From a virus (taxonomy: Duplodnaviria; Caudoviricetes): a stretch of DNA of 64,000 nucleotides. The notes below the pieces were generated by a model. That model was not told where the DNA came from. It was given only the letters and a program-made list of their open reading frames with translations, and ran no database searches. How positions within the stretch are numbered: position 1 is the first letter of the stretch; each line of letters starts with the position of its first letter. This document shows positions 47,718 through 57,628 of the stretch, in pieces. The stretch lies in IMG/VR virus record IMGVR_UViG_3300025671_008697; one strand, 5' to 3'. Made by a program: the position numbers and the translations under genes.

Positions 47718-48815
47718 ATGGCAACCTTAAGTAAAACAAAACAAAAAGAGCTGCGTGTCAAAAACTTTTTGTCACAATATTCCAATCCGTTTGAAATGGA
47801 AGATGCTGCAATTGATTTGCGTACGATGGCAACCAATTTTCAAAACGGCATTATTGACAATATGAGCATCGCCGATGCCGTTGATGCTATACTGGGTCCT
47901 AGTCCTATTCCACGTCTTAGTGTGGATCCAAGGTCATTGGGCGTCCCTCAGTTTGCATGGGCACCAATGGAAGATGTTGGTATTGATCCCAGGTTTCAAC
48001 GAGATGTAGCACCAAACCACGTGCAAAAAATTGAGGACGATTTTAAGGCAGACATGATTATTGTGCCTTGTGCAATCAAAGACCCTAACACAGGCAAATA
48101 TCTGTTATGGGATGGTCACCATACTACTCGTGTTTGCGTCCGTATGGGTTGGACTCATATTCCTGTTTGGTATACCGAAGCAGAAATTGATGACGAACAT
48201 AGCCTGGCAGAAGCAGAAAAGATTCTTATCTTAAAAGCAGGCCGCAGTTTTCTTACAATTAACAAAAAGAACAAGCGTCCAGTCAGCCGTTATGACGAAC
48301 ACATGGTTAGTGTCGAGTGCGGTGAGCCCGAAAGCGTCACGGTACAGAATATTATTGATGCAAACAACTGCCAAGTCAAACGTGTTAGCAGTAAAGCAGG
48401 AGATATCAGTCACATCGAGCACTTGTACGGCAGTTACGATTTGGTGCAGGCCAGTTCGGGCATTAAAGGCATTTACCTTGCCCGTAGTCTAAAGTTTCAT
48501 CGTGCTACTTGGCCCAAAGAAGAAGTCAGAGGTATTATGATGTTGGCTATGGCACGACTATATCAACAAACCGAAGTTCAAACTGGTAAATTGTTGCCAC
48601 AAGACTTTGATTTAGAATTTGGCGCCATACTTAAAAAGGTATATGGGCAAAGCGAAAAAGTGCATATTCGTATTAAGGAACAGTTTGAAGACCATTTTGG
48701 TAGTTTAGGTGCTCACCCGGTTGTAGTTACCAGTGGGTTGGTTTTAACATACAATAAACATCAAAAGAAAGGCTTTAAGTTGATGCAACCTGAAGCCACT
48801 TATCCAGTAAAATGA
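47718..48815 (+). CDS. ParB/Sulfiredoxin-like domain protein
   Basis: IDPRFQRD...YLLWDGHHT ParB-fold motifs. Confidence 0.7.
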   Translation: MATLSKTKQKELRVKNFLSQYSNPFEMEDAAIDLRTMATNFQNGIIDNMSIADAVDAILGPSPIPRLSVDPRSLGVPQFAWAPMEDVGIDPRFQRDVAPNHVQKIEDDFKADMIIVPCAIKDPNTGKYLLWDGHHTTRVCVRMGWTHIPVWYTEAEIDDEHSLAEAEKILILKAGRSFLTINKKNKRPVSRYDEHMVSVECGEPESVTVQNIIDANNCQVKRVSSKAGDISHIEHLYGSYDLVQASSGIKGIYLARSLKFHRATWPKEEVRGIMMLAMARLYQQTEVQTGKLLPQDFDLEFGAILKKVYGQSEKVHIRIKEQFEDHFGSLGAHPVVVTSGLVLTYNKHQKKGFKLMQPEATYPVK

Positions 48816-49225
48816 GACCATATGGACTTTATATTCGCAAGTGTCCTGGGGTAGAACACCCCACTGATTTCAAAGTTGGTGTTGCCGCTTTAGATAAAAC
48901 CAGAACACGACTAGCCGCTTATCAACAAGCAGTCGGTCCTGTTTGGCAAGAGCAATTTATTTTGTTTTGGACTGGCGAAGATGTTGATGTTAAAGAAGCA
49001 GAAACCAAAATTAAACGCCAATTTAAAAATCGGATTGCTAGTAGTGAAGCAGGTCTGAGTGAATGGATCAGCAATATTGAATTGAAAGAAATTTTGAATT
49101 TCATTGACGAATTAGTTAATGAACACTTTATCAAGTTGACTTTAGTTCCCAGCGAGTTTCTACCTTTGACTATGGATAACGTAGAAGATTTTACTGATTG
49201 GACACAAGAAGGTCTAGTATTATAA
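48812..49225 (+). CDS. putative GIY-YIG (T5orf172/MUG113-like) protein
   Basis: GLYIR...FKVGVA...RTRLAAYQ...EAETKIKRQF. Confidence 0.55.
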   Translation: MRPYGLYIRKCPGVEHPTDFKVGVAALDKTRTRLAAYQQAVGPVWQEQFILFWTGEDVDVKEAETKIKRQFKNRIASSEAGLSEWISNIELKEILNFIDELVNEHFIKLTLVPSEFLPLTMDNVEDFTDWTQEGLVL

Positions 49226-49228
49226 AAT

Positions 49229-49855
49229 ATGATTAATATAAAAAATAATTTAGTACAGGCTTTCAAATTACTAAAAGAAGTTGTAGATTTTACGGGTATA
49301 AATCTAATAGATAATTATAGTTATAGAGAATATACTGCTATAGACATTCTCAAAGATTATATTCCTAGTGTGCGTAAAACTATAGGAAGAACAGGTGATG
49401 ACGCAAGTGCGCCTGAAGATGGATATTTTCATATTGAGCAAAAGTCGGGAACAACTAAAAGTAAAACAATGACAGAAGCCAGTTTCCCTGACATGATGTT
49501 TGATAAACAAACCGACCCTGCCAGGCGTGAATACATTTACAAATATGATGGGCTTAGTCTCAGTCTTTTTGAACATTATCGACCTTATCCCACTGCGGTA
49601 GTGTTTGTGCCCAAAGAACAAGTGCCCAAATTACACCCTTTGTTCAAACAAAAGCAAGACATAAAAGTGGCAGACTTTGAGCATAGATTAAATGAGGGGA
49701 AAAACATCGGACATGATTCGATTGTAGTTTCTCTTGGTGAGATTAGGCAATGCGTGGGAGATAATAATTTAATCTGTTGGCTCCATGGGGAAGTAACCAA
49801 CCCGGTGGATTTTTTTGGTAAGTTGGATCGTAAGGAAGTAAAACTAAATCAATGA
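49229..49855 (+). CDS. putative PD-(D/E)XK restriction endonuclease-like protein
   Basis: GDDA...IEQKSG candidate catalytic motif; overlaps the MTase start. Confidence 0.45.
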   Translation: MINIKNNLVQAFKLLKEVVDFTGINLIDNYSYREYTAIDILKDYIPSVRKTIGRTGDDASAPEDGYFHIEQKSGTTKSKTMTEASFPDMMFDKQTDPARREYIYKYDGLSLSLFEHYRPYPTAVVFVPKEQVPKLHPLFKQKQDIKVADFEHRLNEGKNIGHDSIVVSLGEIRQCVGDNNLICWLHGEVTNPVDFFGKLDRKEVKLNQ

Positions 49856-50703
49856 GCGATTATCAAGTTTACAATCAAGACTGCGTGTCGGGCATGCAAC
49901 AACATGTCCAAGACGATAGTGTGGATTTAATATTCACAGACCCACCGTATGGGATTGACGGTGACGGCCTGGACGTACATTATCACAGAGACGAAAGTAA
50001 TGTAGTTCCAGGATACATTGATGTTCCATTGAGCCAATACGCTAAGTTTAGCCAGGATTGGATTCAAGAATGTGCTAGAGTCTTGAGACCAGGTGGCAGT
50101 TTGTACATTGTGTCTGGCTATACCAATCTGCATCACGTATTAAACGCATTGCATACAACAGATCTCCAAGAAATTAACCACATCATTGCCAAATACAGTT
50201 TTGGTGTTAGTACCAAAAACAAGTTTGTGAGCAGTCATTATCATGTACTATTTTGGTCCAAACCAGAAAAAGGTAAGAATAAACGTACATTCAATTCGAA
50301 TTGGAAATATACTGACCAAAAAGACAGTTATCATGATAGACTAACTGTACAGGATATGCCCAGGGACTATAAACCTGGACAAGTCAAAAATAAAAATCAA
50401 CTCAGTGAAGATTTTATCAAAAAGTTTATTTTGTATTCTAGCAATCGTGGTGATACTGTTCTTGACTGCTTTGGTGGCGGACTGACCACTGCTAGAACTG
50501 CTTTGAGGTTTGGTAGAAAGTTTATTGGGTTTGAATTGAACAAAAATGCCTATGACGCATTTGTACCCACGCTGGACCAAGTTGAGCCAGAATCAGATCC
50601 TGTGCCTATTAGTCCAGACCCTACCGAATTGGCTAAACGGGAAAAGATGCGTGAAGGTTGGCGTCGAACTAGGCAGGAACGCAAGCAACAATCTGTTGTA
50701 TAA
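49852..50703 (+). CDS. DNA N4-C/N6-A methyltransferase (beta class)
   Basis: DLIFTDPPY (motif IV) preceding VLDCFGGGLTT (motif I), FIGFELN. Confidence 0.92.
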   Translation: MSDYQVYNQDCVSGMQQHVQDDSVDLIFTDPPYGIDGDGLDVHYHRDESNVVPGYIDVPLSQYAKFSQDWIQECARVLRPGGSLYIVSGYTNLHHVLNALHTTDLQEINHIIAKYSFGVSTKNKFVSSHYHVLFWSKPEKGKNKRTFNSNWKYTDQKDSYHDRLTVQDMPRDYKPGQVKNKNQLSEDFIKKFILYSSNRGDTVLDCFGGGLTTARTALRFGRKFIGFELNKNAYDAFVPTLDQVEPESDPVPISPDPTELAKREKMREGWRRTRQERKQQSVV

Positions 50704-50717
50704 AAACAACACTTTTG

Positions 50718-50764
50718 GTAGTACTAAAGTAGTACTTGACTGAAATTCACCATTTTGCTATAAT
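50718..50764 (+). promoter_or_regulatory. palindrome-linked sigma70-like promoter
   Basis: TAGTACTAAAGTAGTAC, TTGACT(50736), N17, TATAAT(50759). Confidence 0.8.
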
Positions 50765-50796
50765 TATGGCATAGGGTAACAAAACAGGAGTTTGAA

Positions 50797-51033
50797 ATGA
50801 GTGTGAAATCCATTGTTCGTAAAGTTTTAGATTTTATCGCAACCAACGACGCAGATATGTCTGACACTAAAAATCAATACTGGAAAAACAAGATTGCAAA
50901 CTATGCTCGTAGAGTTCGTGCTAACGACATCAACGGTGTCGTTGCAGAATGGAACACTATGAGCAAAAAAGACTATCAAGAAATGTGTGTGTGGGTTGTG
51001 CGTAATCGTGCAATTTGGAATCAAGCAGTTTAA
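50797..51033 (+). CDS. hypothetical early protein
   Basis: AGGAG RBS after repeat promoter. Confidence 0.65.
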   Translation: MSVKSIVRKVLDFIATNDADMSDTKNQYWKNKIANYARRVRANDINGVVAEWNTMSKKDYQEMCVWVVRNRAIWNQAV

Positions 51034-51042
51034 GGAGTGGCA

Positions 51043-51210
51043 ATGATACCAATTACAGTTTTTTTGTTTTTTGTGGTGTTTTTTCTGGCTTGGTCAGCAT
51101 ACTATATGTTCCAAGCACTTGACCTAATCCATGAGTGCCGAATCGATGTTGCTGTCATGCAGGAGCAAATGCAACAGGCACGTCAAATCGCAGGAGAATA
51201 TCGTGTTTAA
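51043..51210 (+). CDS. small membrane protein
   Basis: Not in track; AAGGAG RBS; MIPITVFLFFVVFFLAW... Confidence 0.6.
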   Translation: MIPITVFLFFVVFFLAWSAYYMFQALDLIHECRIDVAVMQEQMQQARQIAGEYRV

Positions 51211-51331
51211 ATTTGTCACAGGATTTGTTTTAGGTGTTGTGGTTGCCAGTGTGGGATTCGGTGGTATTAGCCGCATCTTGGATAAAGGTGTTTCCGAAAT
51301 TCAAACCCAAAGCAAGGAATTGGCCAAATAA
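51203..51331 (+). CDS. small membrane protein
   Basis: GTG start after AGGAG; FKFVTGFVLGVVVASVGF. Confidence 0.6.
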   Translation: MFKFVTGFVLGVVVASVGFGGISRILDKGVSEIQTQSKELAK

Positions 51332-51444
51332 TTTTGGCAAAACTAATTCAAAATATGGTTGACATTAATTCCAATATCAACTATAATTTGAATATGTTAG
51401 CACATGACGCTAACATGATTTTCAACTAACTTGGAGTGTTTTCT

Positions 51445-51762
51445 ATGTCTACTAAACTGTTTTCTGTTGCTGGTGTTTCTACCCAAAAGGGCGAAGTCAA
51501 AGTTCGTTTTGCCAACGACATGACTCGTGTTAAAGTGTTGGCCAAGTCCGGTCACACCGACATTGAGTTGATGGAGTTGCCCAAGGCTATGGACAAGCCC
51601 TCAATTGTGTCTTTCTTGAAGACTACGGAGTTGTATCAGACTCCCGCATATCAGGCTGCTATCGATGCGGCTGACACTAAGTACAACGGTAGTAACACCG
51701 TTAAGGTCTCGGGCGCCAAGGTGCGTTCCTCGCAGGCAGAAGCAGTTGCCGAAACGGCCTAA
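51445..51762 (+). CDS. conserved hypothetical phage protein
   Basis: FSVAGVSTQKGEVKVRFAND...GHTDIELMELPKAMDK; strong TTGACA/TATAAT promoter at 51359. Confidence 0.7.
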   Translation: MSTKLFSVAGVSTQKGEVKVRFANDMTRVKVLAKSGHTDIELMELPKAMDKPSIVSFLKTTELYQTPAYQAAIDAADTKYNGSNTVKVSGAKVRSSQAEAVAETA

Positions 51763-51853
51763 GTAATAACTGCGTATAAAACGGCGTTTTACATGGCGCC
51801 GTTTTTTTGTGGATATAAATACCTTATATCGCAAGTGTGCGGATTTGGTAACG

Positions 51854-51967
51854 ATGGTGGCTTTGAGTGTTGCACAACAATATTTCATAGTTGGTTTGGC
51901 TGTAGGCCTGGGCCTTGGCTTTGGTATCAGTCTTTGCATTGCGGTAATTAGATGGATGTCGAGGTAA
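51854..51967 (+). CDS. small membrane protein (37 aa)
   Basis: Not in track; MVALSVAQQYFIVGLAVGLGLGFGISLCIAVIRWMSR*; TATAAATA upstream. Confidence 0.5.
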   Translation: MVALSVAQQYFIVGLAVGLGLGFGISLCIAVIRWMSR

Positions 51968-51971
51968 CTAT

Positions 51972-52184
51972 ATGGCAGAAACTATCAATCAAACAATGGC
52001 TCGCATTAAGAGCCTACAAGAATTCGAAGTGCAAGTAACTGTACCTGCCGATTTCAAATTTACTGGCCATGTGCCCTATGACATGAACATAGTCAGCGAC
52101 CAAGCATTCGTAACTGTGGTAGCAGAAAGTTTTGAACAGGCACTCAAAAGAGCACATGACTTTTTTGGTATCGAAAATGGTTGA
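51972..52184 (+). CDS. hypothetical protein
   Basis: GAGG RBS; ORF track. Confidence 0.65.
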   Translation: MAETINQTMARIKSLQEFEVQVTVPADFKFTGHVPYDMNIVSDQAFVTVVAESFEQALKRAHDFFGIENG

Positions 52185-52335
52185 AACCGTATTGACACTA
52201 ACTGTGATAGCCACTATAATATGGCTATGGGACTTTAATAAAAAGGTTGGATTTCACAATCTTTGGCATGATCCCCGAATAGGCAAAAGCACTTTTAGTA
52301 AATACGATACGGAGGAAGATGACGATGACCGTTGA
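52177..52335 (+). CDS. small membrane protein
   Basis: MVETVLTLTVIATIIWLW... Confidence 0.5.
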   Translation: MVETVLTLTVIATIIWLWDFNKKVGFHNLWHDPRIGKSTFSKYDTEEDDDDR

Positions 52336-52371
52336 AGAATATTGGAAGTGGATTCATAGTAACGTCCAATA

Positions 52372-53181
<810 letters not shown>

Positions 53182-53248
53182 GCACATGGTCTACTGGTGA
53201 ATGAGATAATAATGCTCATAATAAAAGTCCAAACTGTGTGTTTATGAT

Positions 53249-53430
53249 GGGGGTGTACAGGTTTCGACAGGGCACGGAGTAACAGAGTGGACAGCAGGGC
53301 AATGCGAAAGCCCAAGGGTTAGGACTACCTGGCCGAAGAAGCAAAAAACTATAAATGCCAATGATGAGGTATTTGCTCTAGCCGCTTGAGGCTAAGCCGG
53401 GGTTGGTAACCTTGTAACCCAATAACCAAA
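53249..53430 (+). ncRNA. ssrA: two-piece tmRNA, coding piece (tag ANDEVFALAA)
   Basis: GGGGGTGTACAGGTTTCGAC 5' end; resume codon GCC 53357 to TGA 53389; 3' boundary approximate. Confidence 0.9.
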
Positions 53431-53453
53431 AAGGCTCTCCGGAGCCTTTTTTC
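53430..53453 (+). terminator. intrinsic terminator after ssrA
   Basis: aaggctc-tccg-gagcctttttt. Confidence 0.85.
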
Positions 53454-53771
53454 ATTTATAAATATAAGTCCAGGCTGATAATTTTTAACCATGGAAAAAA
53501 TAAAAGCTCATCTTAAAGCTGCTAATAAATCTTACTTTTCACACACAAAATTTGCCATTGTAGCAGGTTTTGATTTGATACTCACTGGAATTATTAGCAT
53601 AATACATGGAATTATTCCTACACTGTTTCCTTTTTACGCAGAAAAAAAGATCAATAAGTATTATGAAAAGATTTTAGAATTAAAACGAAATAGAACAAAT
53701 ATTAACAAAACCTAATAGTCTAAATTAGATTATTAGGAGCCTTTTTTCATTTATAAATATCAGTCCAGGCT
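53441..53771 (+). repeat. 36-bp direct repeat flanking a small gene
   Basis: GGAGCCTTTTTTCATTTATAAATAT[A/C]AGTCCAGGCT at 53441 and 53736. Confidence 0.88.
53491..53715 (+). CDS. small protein, DUF6356-like
   Basis: HLKAANKSYFSHTKFA...IIHGIIPTLF. Confidence 0.6.
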   Translation: MEKIKAHLKAANKSYFSHTKFAIVAGFDLILTGIISIIHGIIPTLFPFYAEKKINKYYEKILELKRNRTNINKT

Positions 53772-53799
53772 CACAATTTTTTTAATCAAGGCACACATT

Positions 53800-55473
53800 A
53801 TGGATGGACGATATCAAGAAGTAGAAAATCTTATCAAAAAATTTACTAGGCAAATACCAGACACACCAGAATACAATCAAAGACTAGAACAAGAATTAGA
53901 AATAATCGCCAAACTTGGATTTGCCAAACACTTTTTACGTGTTAGAGAAATCCTAGATCTCACACAAGACATTCCACATATTACCAGAGGCTCAGCAGGC
54001 AGCAGTCTTATCTGTTACTTAATGGCTATATCAGATGTGGATCCTGTCAAGGAACGCATACCCCTATCACGTTTTATGAATCCCAGGCGTGATGACTTAC
54101 CAGACATCGACTTAGACTTTCCGCACTGGCAACAGGAAACTGTGATGAACAGAATCTTTAGACGTTGGCCTGGCCAGAGTGCCAGAGTGTCTAACTATGT
54201 TACTTACAAGGAAAAGTCTGCACTGCGTGAAGCTGCCAAACGCTATGGTGCCAAAGGCAAACTAAAACGCAACTTTAAGTTAGAAGACGTGGTACCAGAA
54301 TATGCAGAAGATGCCAAAAGGTTGGCCAACAAACTGCTAGGCAAGAAACGTTGCATCAGCAAACATTGTGGTGGTATTTTAATATTTGACAGAGCAGTGC
54401 CCAAAAGTCTAATCAACGCAGAAAATCAAATCTTGTTAGACAAGTATGAAATCGAAGACTTAGAACATTTTAAGATAGACATCTTGGCTAACCGCGGACT
54501 GAGCCAACTGTGGGAAATAGAGGAACGGGACTTAATGGACTATCCCGAAGAGGATGCAGAGACCAGTGAACTGCTATGCAGAGGGGAAATACTGGGAGTC
54601 ACTCAGGCGGAGTCGCCTGCTATGCGTAGACTGTTTCGTGCCATACAGCCCAAGTCACGTTCGGACTGTGTGTTGGCCACTGCACTGATCAGACCTGTGG
54701 CCACACAGGGCAGACGCAAAGCCAGTTTCTTTCAGGACTGGAGTAAAGACAACTTTGAAGGCACCATAGTATTTGAGGACGATGCCATAGAACTGATAGG
54801 TGAGATCCTAGGCTGTGACCAATATACCGCAGACATGTGGCGTAGAGCGTTCGCCAAAAAAGACGAAGAAAAAATGTTTGAGTTCATGCAGTTGGTTGGT
54901 GATCATCCCAGGCGTGACGACGTGTTCTTGGCCCTTAAAGAACTTAGCCACTTTGGTTTGTGTAGAGCACACGCCATAAATCTGGGTAGACTGATATGGG
55001 CTCTGGCCTATCAAAAAGTACACAACCCTAAGGGGTTTTGGCAAGCCGCACTCAAGCACTGCCAGGGATCGTATGCACGTTGGGTCTACTGGCAGGAAGC
55101 CAAACTGGCAGGTGCAGTGCCCGCTGTCATGGAAGGTGGTGAAGTGGACGACTTAATGCACTCGGGTTGTTGGCGTAGCAGTCGTTTTATTCCTGTCTGT
55201 AAAGAAATACGTAGACCCGGACAGATTGAATTTTGTGGATTGGTGGCAAACTATCGTGTGTTCAAAAGTGGGCCCAAAGAATACATTACGTTTGCTACAT
55301 TGGGTACAGGTAACGGCAAGTACTTAGACGTAGTACTGCCACATGCTACCAGTTTTCACGAACAGCCAATTGTGTGGGGTTTGGGCAAATTAGGCTACAA
55401 AAACAACACAGAATATGTTACAGTATACAAGCACAAAAAATTTCAACTTAGCGAAGTGAAGCACGTAAAATGA
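53800..55473 (+). CDS. dnaE: DNA polymerase III alpha (DnaE/C-family), lacking PHP domain
   Basis: RGSAGSSLICY...DVDPV...RFMNPRR.DLPDIDLDF, SKHCGG, KIDILANRGL, GVTQAES, F.LCRAHA; C-terminal OB-like region. Confidence 0.88.
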   Translation: MDGRYQEVENLIKKFTRQIPDTPEYNQRLEQELEIIAKLGFAKHFLRVREILDLTQDIPHITRGSAGSSLICYLMAISDVDPVKERIPLSRFMNPRRDDLPDIDLDFPHWQQETVMNRIFRRWPGQSARVSNYVTYKEKSALREAAKRYGAKGKLKRNFKLEDVVPEYAEDAKRLANKLLGKKRCISKHCGGILIFDRAVPKSLINAENQILLDKYEIEDLEHFKIDILANRGLSQLWEIEERDLMDYPEEDAETSELLCRGEILGVTQAESPAMRRLFRAIQPKSRSDCVLATALIRPVATQGRRKASFFQDWSKDNFEGTIVFEDDAIELIGEILGCDQYTADMWRRAFAKKDEEKMFEFMQLVGDHPRRDDVFLALKELSHFGLCRAHAINLGRLIWALAYQKVHNPKGFWQAALKHCQGSYARWVYWQEAKLAGAVPAVMEGGEVDDLMHSGCWRSSRFIPVCKEIRRPGQIEFCGLVANYRVFKSGPKEYITFATLGTGNGKYLDVVLPHATSFHEQPIVWGLGKLGYKNNTEYVTVYKHKKFQLSEVKHVK

Positions 55474-55781
55474 ATGTAAAATCAAGACTGCATATCTATC
55501 CCTGCTCGGGACCAAAGACAGATGCTTATATTGTGGGCGAACCCCGAGCACTTAAACATTTGGCTGCACAGTTAAATCGAGCCGCAGACAGTGTGCTGGG
55601 TTTGGAAACTGTGGACATGTATAGCAGTGACGGACATGAGTACACCGTGGTAATTGCCAGCGATGTTGAAGAGGAAGAGTGGCAGGCAGTGCCTGCGCCC
55701 TATGAGCGTGGTAGCACACCTACTACCATAAAAGTTATACAAAACTATAACGAAATAAAACAAATATTGACAAAAACGTAG
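55470..55781 (+). CDS. hypothetical protein
   Basis: ATGA-coupled to dnaE. Confidence 0.6.
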   Translation: MNVKSRLHIYPCSGPKTDAYIVGEPRALKHLAAQLNRAADSVLGLETVDMYSSDGHEYTVVIASDVEEEEWQAVPAPYERGSTPTTIKVIQNYNEIKQILTKT

Positions 55782-55845
55782 ACAGAACGTACAATACTAA
55801 ATACTCAGTAGAAACACTGATTTATCAACAAGGAGAAAATTGAAA

Positions 55846-56283
55846 ATGGCACAATCCGTAAAAGGAACTAAAACAGAACAGAGTCTTAAAGAAGCATTTG
55901 CTGGTGAAAGTCAGGCAAACCGTCGTTACCTCTACTTTGCAAACATGGCAGACGTAGCAGGTGAAAACGATTTGGCTGCACTATTCCGCAGTACTGCTGA
56001 AGGTGAAACTGGACACGCACACGGTCACATGGAATATTTGATTGATGGTGGTGCTGGTGATCCCGCAACTGGCATGCCTGCCAAGAACGTTAAGGAAGCA
56101 CTGGAAAGTGCTATTCATGGCGAAACACATGAGTACACTGACATGTATCCAGGTATGGCAAAAACTGCTCGTGACGAAGGCTTTGATGAGATTGCTGATT
56201 GGTTTGAAACACTGGCCAAGGCTGAACGTAGCCACGCTGGCAGATTCCAAAAAGCACTAGCAGCACACGAAGCAGGAGAGTAA
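55846..56283 (+). CDS. rbr: rubrerythrin (ferritin-like, no rubredoxin domain)
   Basis: [45 protein letters not shown]. Confidence 0.93.
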   Translation: MAQSVKGTKTEQSLKEAFAGESQANRRYLYFANMADVAGENDLAALFRSTAEGETGHAHGHMEYLIDGGAGDPATGMPAKNVKEALESAIHGETHEYTDMYPGMAKTARDEGFDEIADWFETLAKAERSHAGRFQKALAAHEAGE

Positions 56284-56290
56284 GTGAACT

Positions 56291-56596
56291 GTGCGGATTA
56301 TTGACTGGCAAGAGTGGTTAGATTCGCACATTCCCTACTATGAGAAACAACGGCAGGAGGCAAGGTATTTAGACAACCCTCCTGCAGTTGTACTACAACT
56401 CAGTGTTGTAGATAGATACGACAAACATCGATCCAGAAACACAATTTGGTTTAACTGGGACACTGCCAACAATGAAATACAGGATCTTGGCTATCAAAAC
56501 AGTCCTATATTCTTAGACACAGACACACACCAACAATGGTTTTGGGCATTCTGGGACAGAGACGAAGCACTGTTAGCTTTGCTCAAATTACAGTAG
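56291..56596 (+). CDS. hypothetical protein
   Basis: GTG start; stop inside repeat. Confidence 0.55.
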   Translation: MRIIDWQEWLDSHIPYYEKQRQEARYLDNPPAVVLQLSVVDRYDKHRSRNTIWFNWDTANNEIQDLGYQNSPIFLDTDTHQQWFWAFWDRDEALLALLKLQ

Positions 56597-56639
56597 TACT
56601 AAAGTAGTACTTGCTCAAAAAGACTCCCGATGTTATAAT
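56594..56639 (+). promoter_or_regulatory. palindrome-linked sigma70-like promoter
   Basis: TAGTACTAAAGTAGTAC, TTGCTC(56611), N17, TATAAT(56634). Confidence 0.8.
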
Positions 56640-56660
56640 AATAGCATAGAAAGGGTCGAT

Positions 56661-57011
56661 ATGAAATTCTTTGAAGAAACTACCAAATGGGCAGACAGCA
56701 CACCTAACCATACGTACCTGCTAAGTGATGACAAAAGCAAAATGTACGCCTACGTTCCTGTAGGAAAAAAGTCTGTGGTAACTTTCAGTAAGCCAATTCG
56801 TATCAGTGCTTCAGGAAGAAAGTTTCGTGTGGTAGCAAACAAATGGCAGTATCGTATTCCCGAAGAAGAGCAGTCCTCAAACCCAAAATGGGAAGTTCGG
56901 GGAAGTAAGGGTGATGTTTATGTGGTGGAAAAAACCGAGACTGGTCTAACTTGTACTTGCACGGGATTCCGTTTCAGAGCAAAGTGTAAGCATTTAACTT
57001 TTTGTAAATAA
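56661..57011 (+). CDS. SWIM zinc-finger protein
   Basis: GSKGDVYVV...CTCTGFRFRAKCKH. Confidence 0.8.
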   Translation: MKFFEETTKWADSTPNHTYLLSDDKSKMYAYVPVGKKSVVTFSKPIRISASGRKFRVVANKWQYRIPEEEQSSNPKWEVRGSKGDVYVVEKTETGLTCTCTGFRFRAKCKHLTFCK

Positions 57012-57015
57012 ATTT

Positions 57016-57570
57016 ATGACTTACAAACCAAACATTGTAAATTATACTGACGCTGATTTTGACAACTGGTTATCCAAATTAGATAAGACAATTTTTGATT
57101 TGTATCCAGAATATGCAATGTTTACTGTTAGTGAAGCATATATTGAATCTCTGGCTGATTATATAAGAAATCCTTTAAAAGGATTTATTGATGAAATAGA
57201 AGGAGAATATATCTTCGAATCCAAAGATTCTTATGATAATTTAATGAACAGTAGATTTGAATTTCAGTACTCGAAAGGACAGGGAACGATAGACGTAGAT
57301 TATTCTGACACTGTTCGTGGCGAAAACACAGATTTCACCAATCAATGTAAACCTGGATCGTTAATAGGGTTTAGAGATGAGAATATCTTTGGTATAGTGG
57401 ACTCAATTGATAGTGAAAACACTTTAAAATTAAAATATTTTGCATCAAGAACGTCGTTATTCGGCAAGTCTGTTCCAATCCAGAAAAAACAAAAATATTG
57501 TATAGTAAAAGAAGTTCAATTACATCAATATATAAGCATTGCATACGATTTAAATTTACAAATGCGTTGA
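57016..57570 (+). CDS. hypothetical AT-rich protein
   Basis: ORF track. Confidence 0.55.
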   Translation: MTYKPNIVNYTDADFDNWLSKLDKTIFDLYPEYAMFTVSEAYIESLADYIRNPLKGFIDEIEGEYIFESKDSYDNLMNSRFEFQYSKGQGTIDVDYSDTVRGENTDFTNQCKPGSLIGFRDENIFGIVDSIDSENTLKLKYFASRTSLFGKSVPIQKKQKYCIVKEVQLHQYISIAYDLNLQMR

Positions 57571-57628
57571 CAATAAATCCCAAATAAGTTATAATACTTG
57601 TATCGTAAACAATTTCGGAGCGTCCAAA

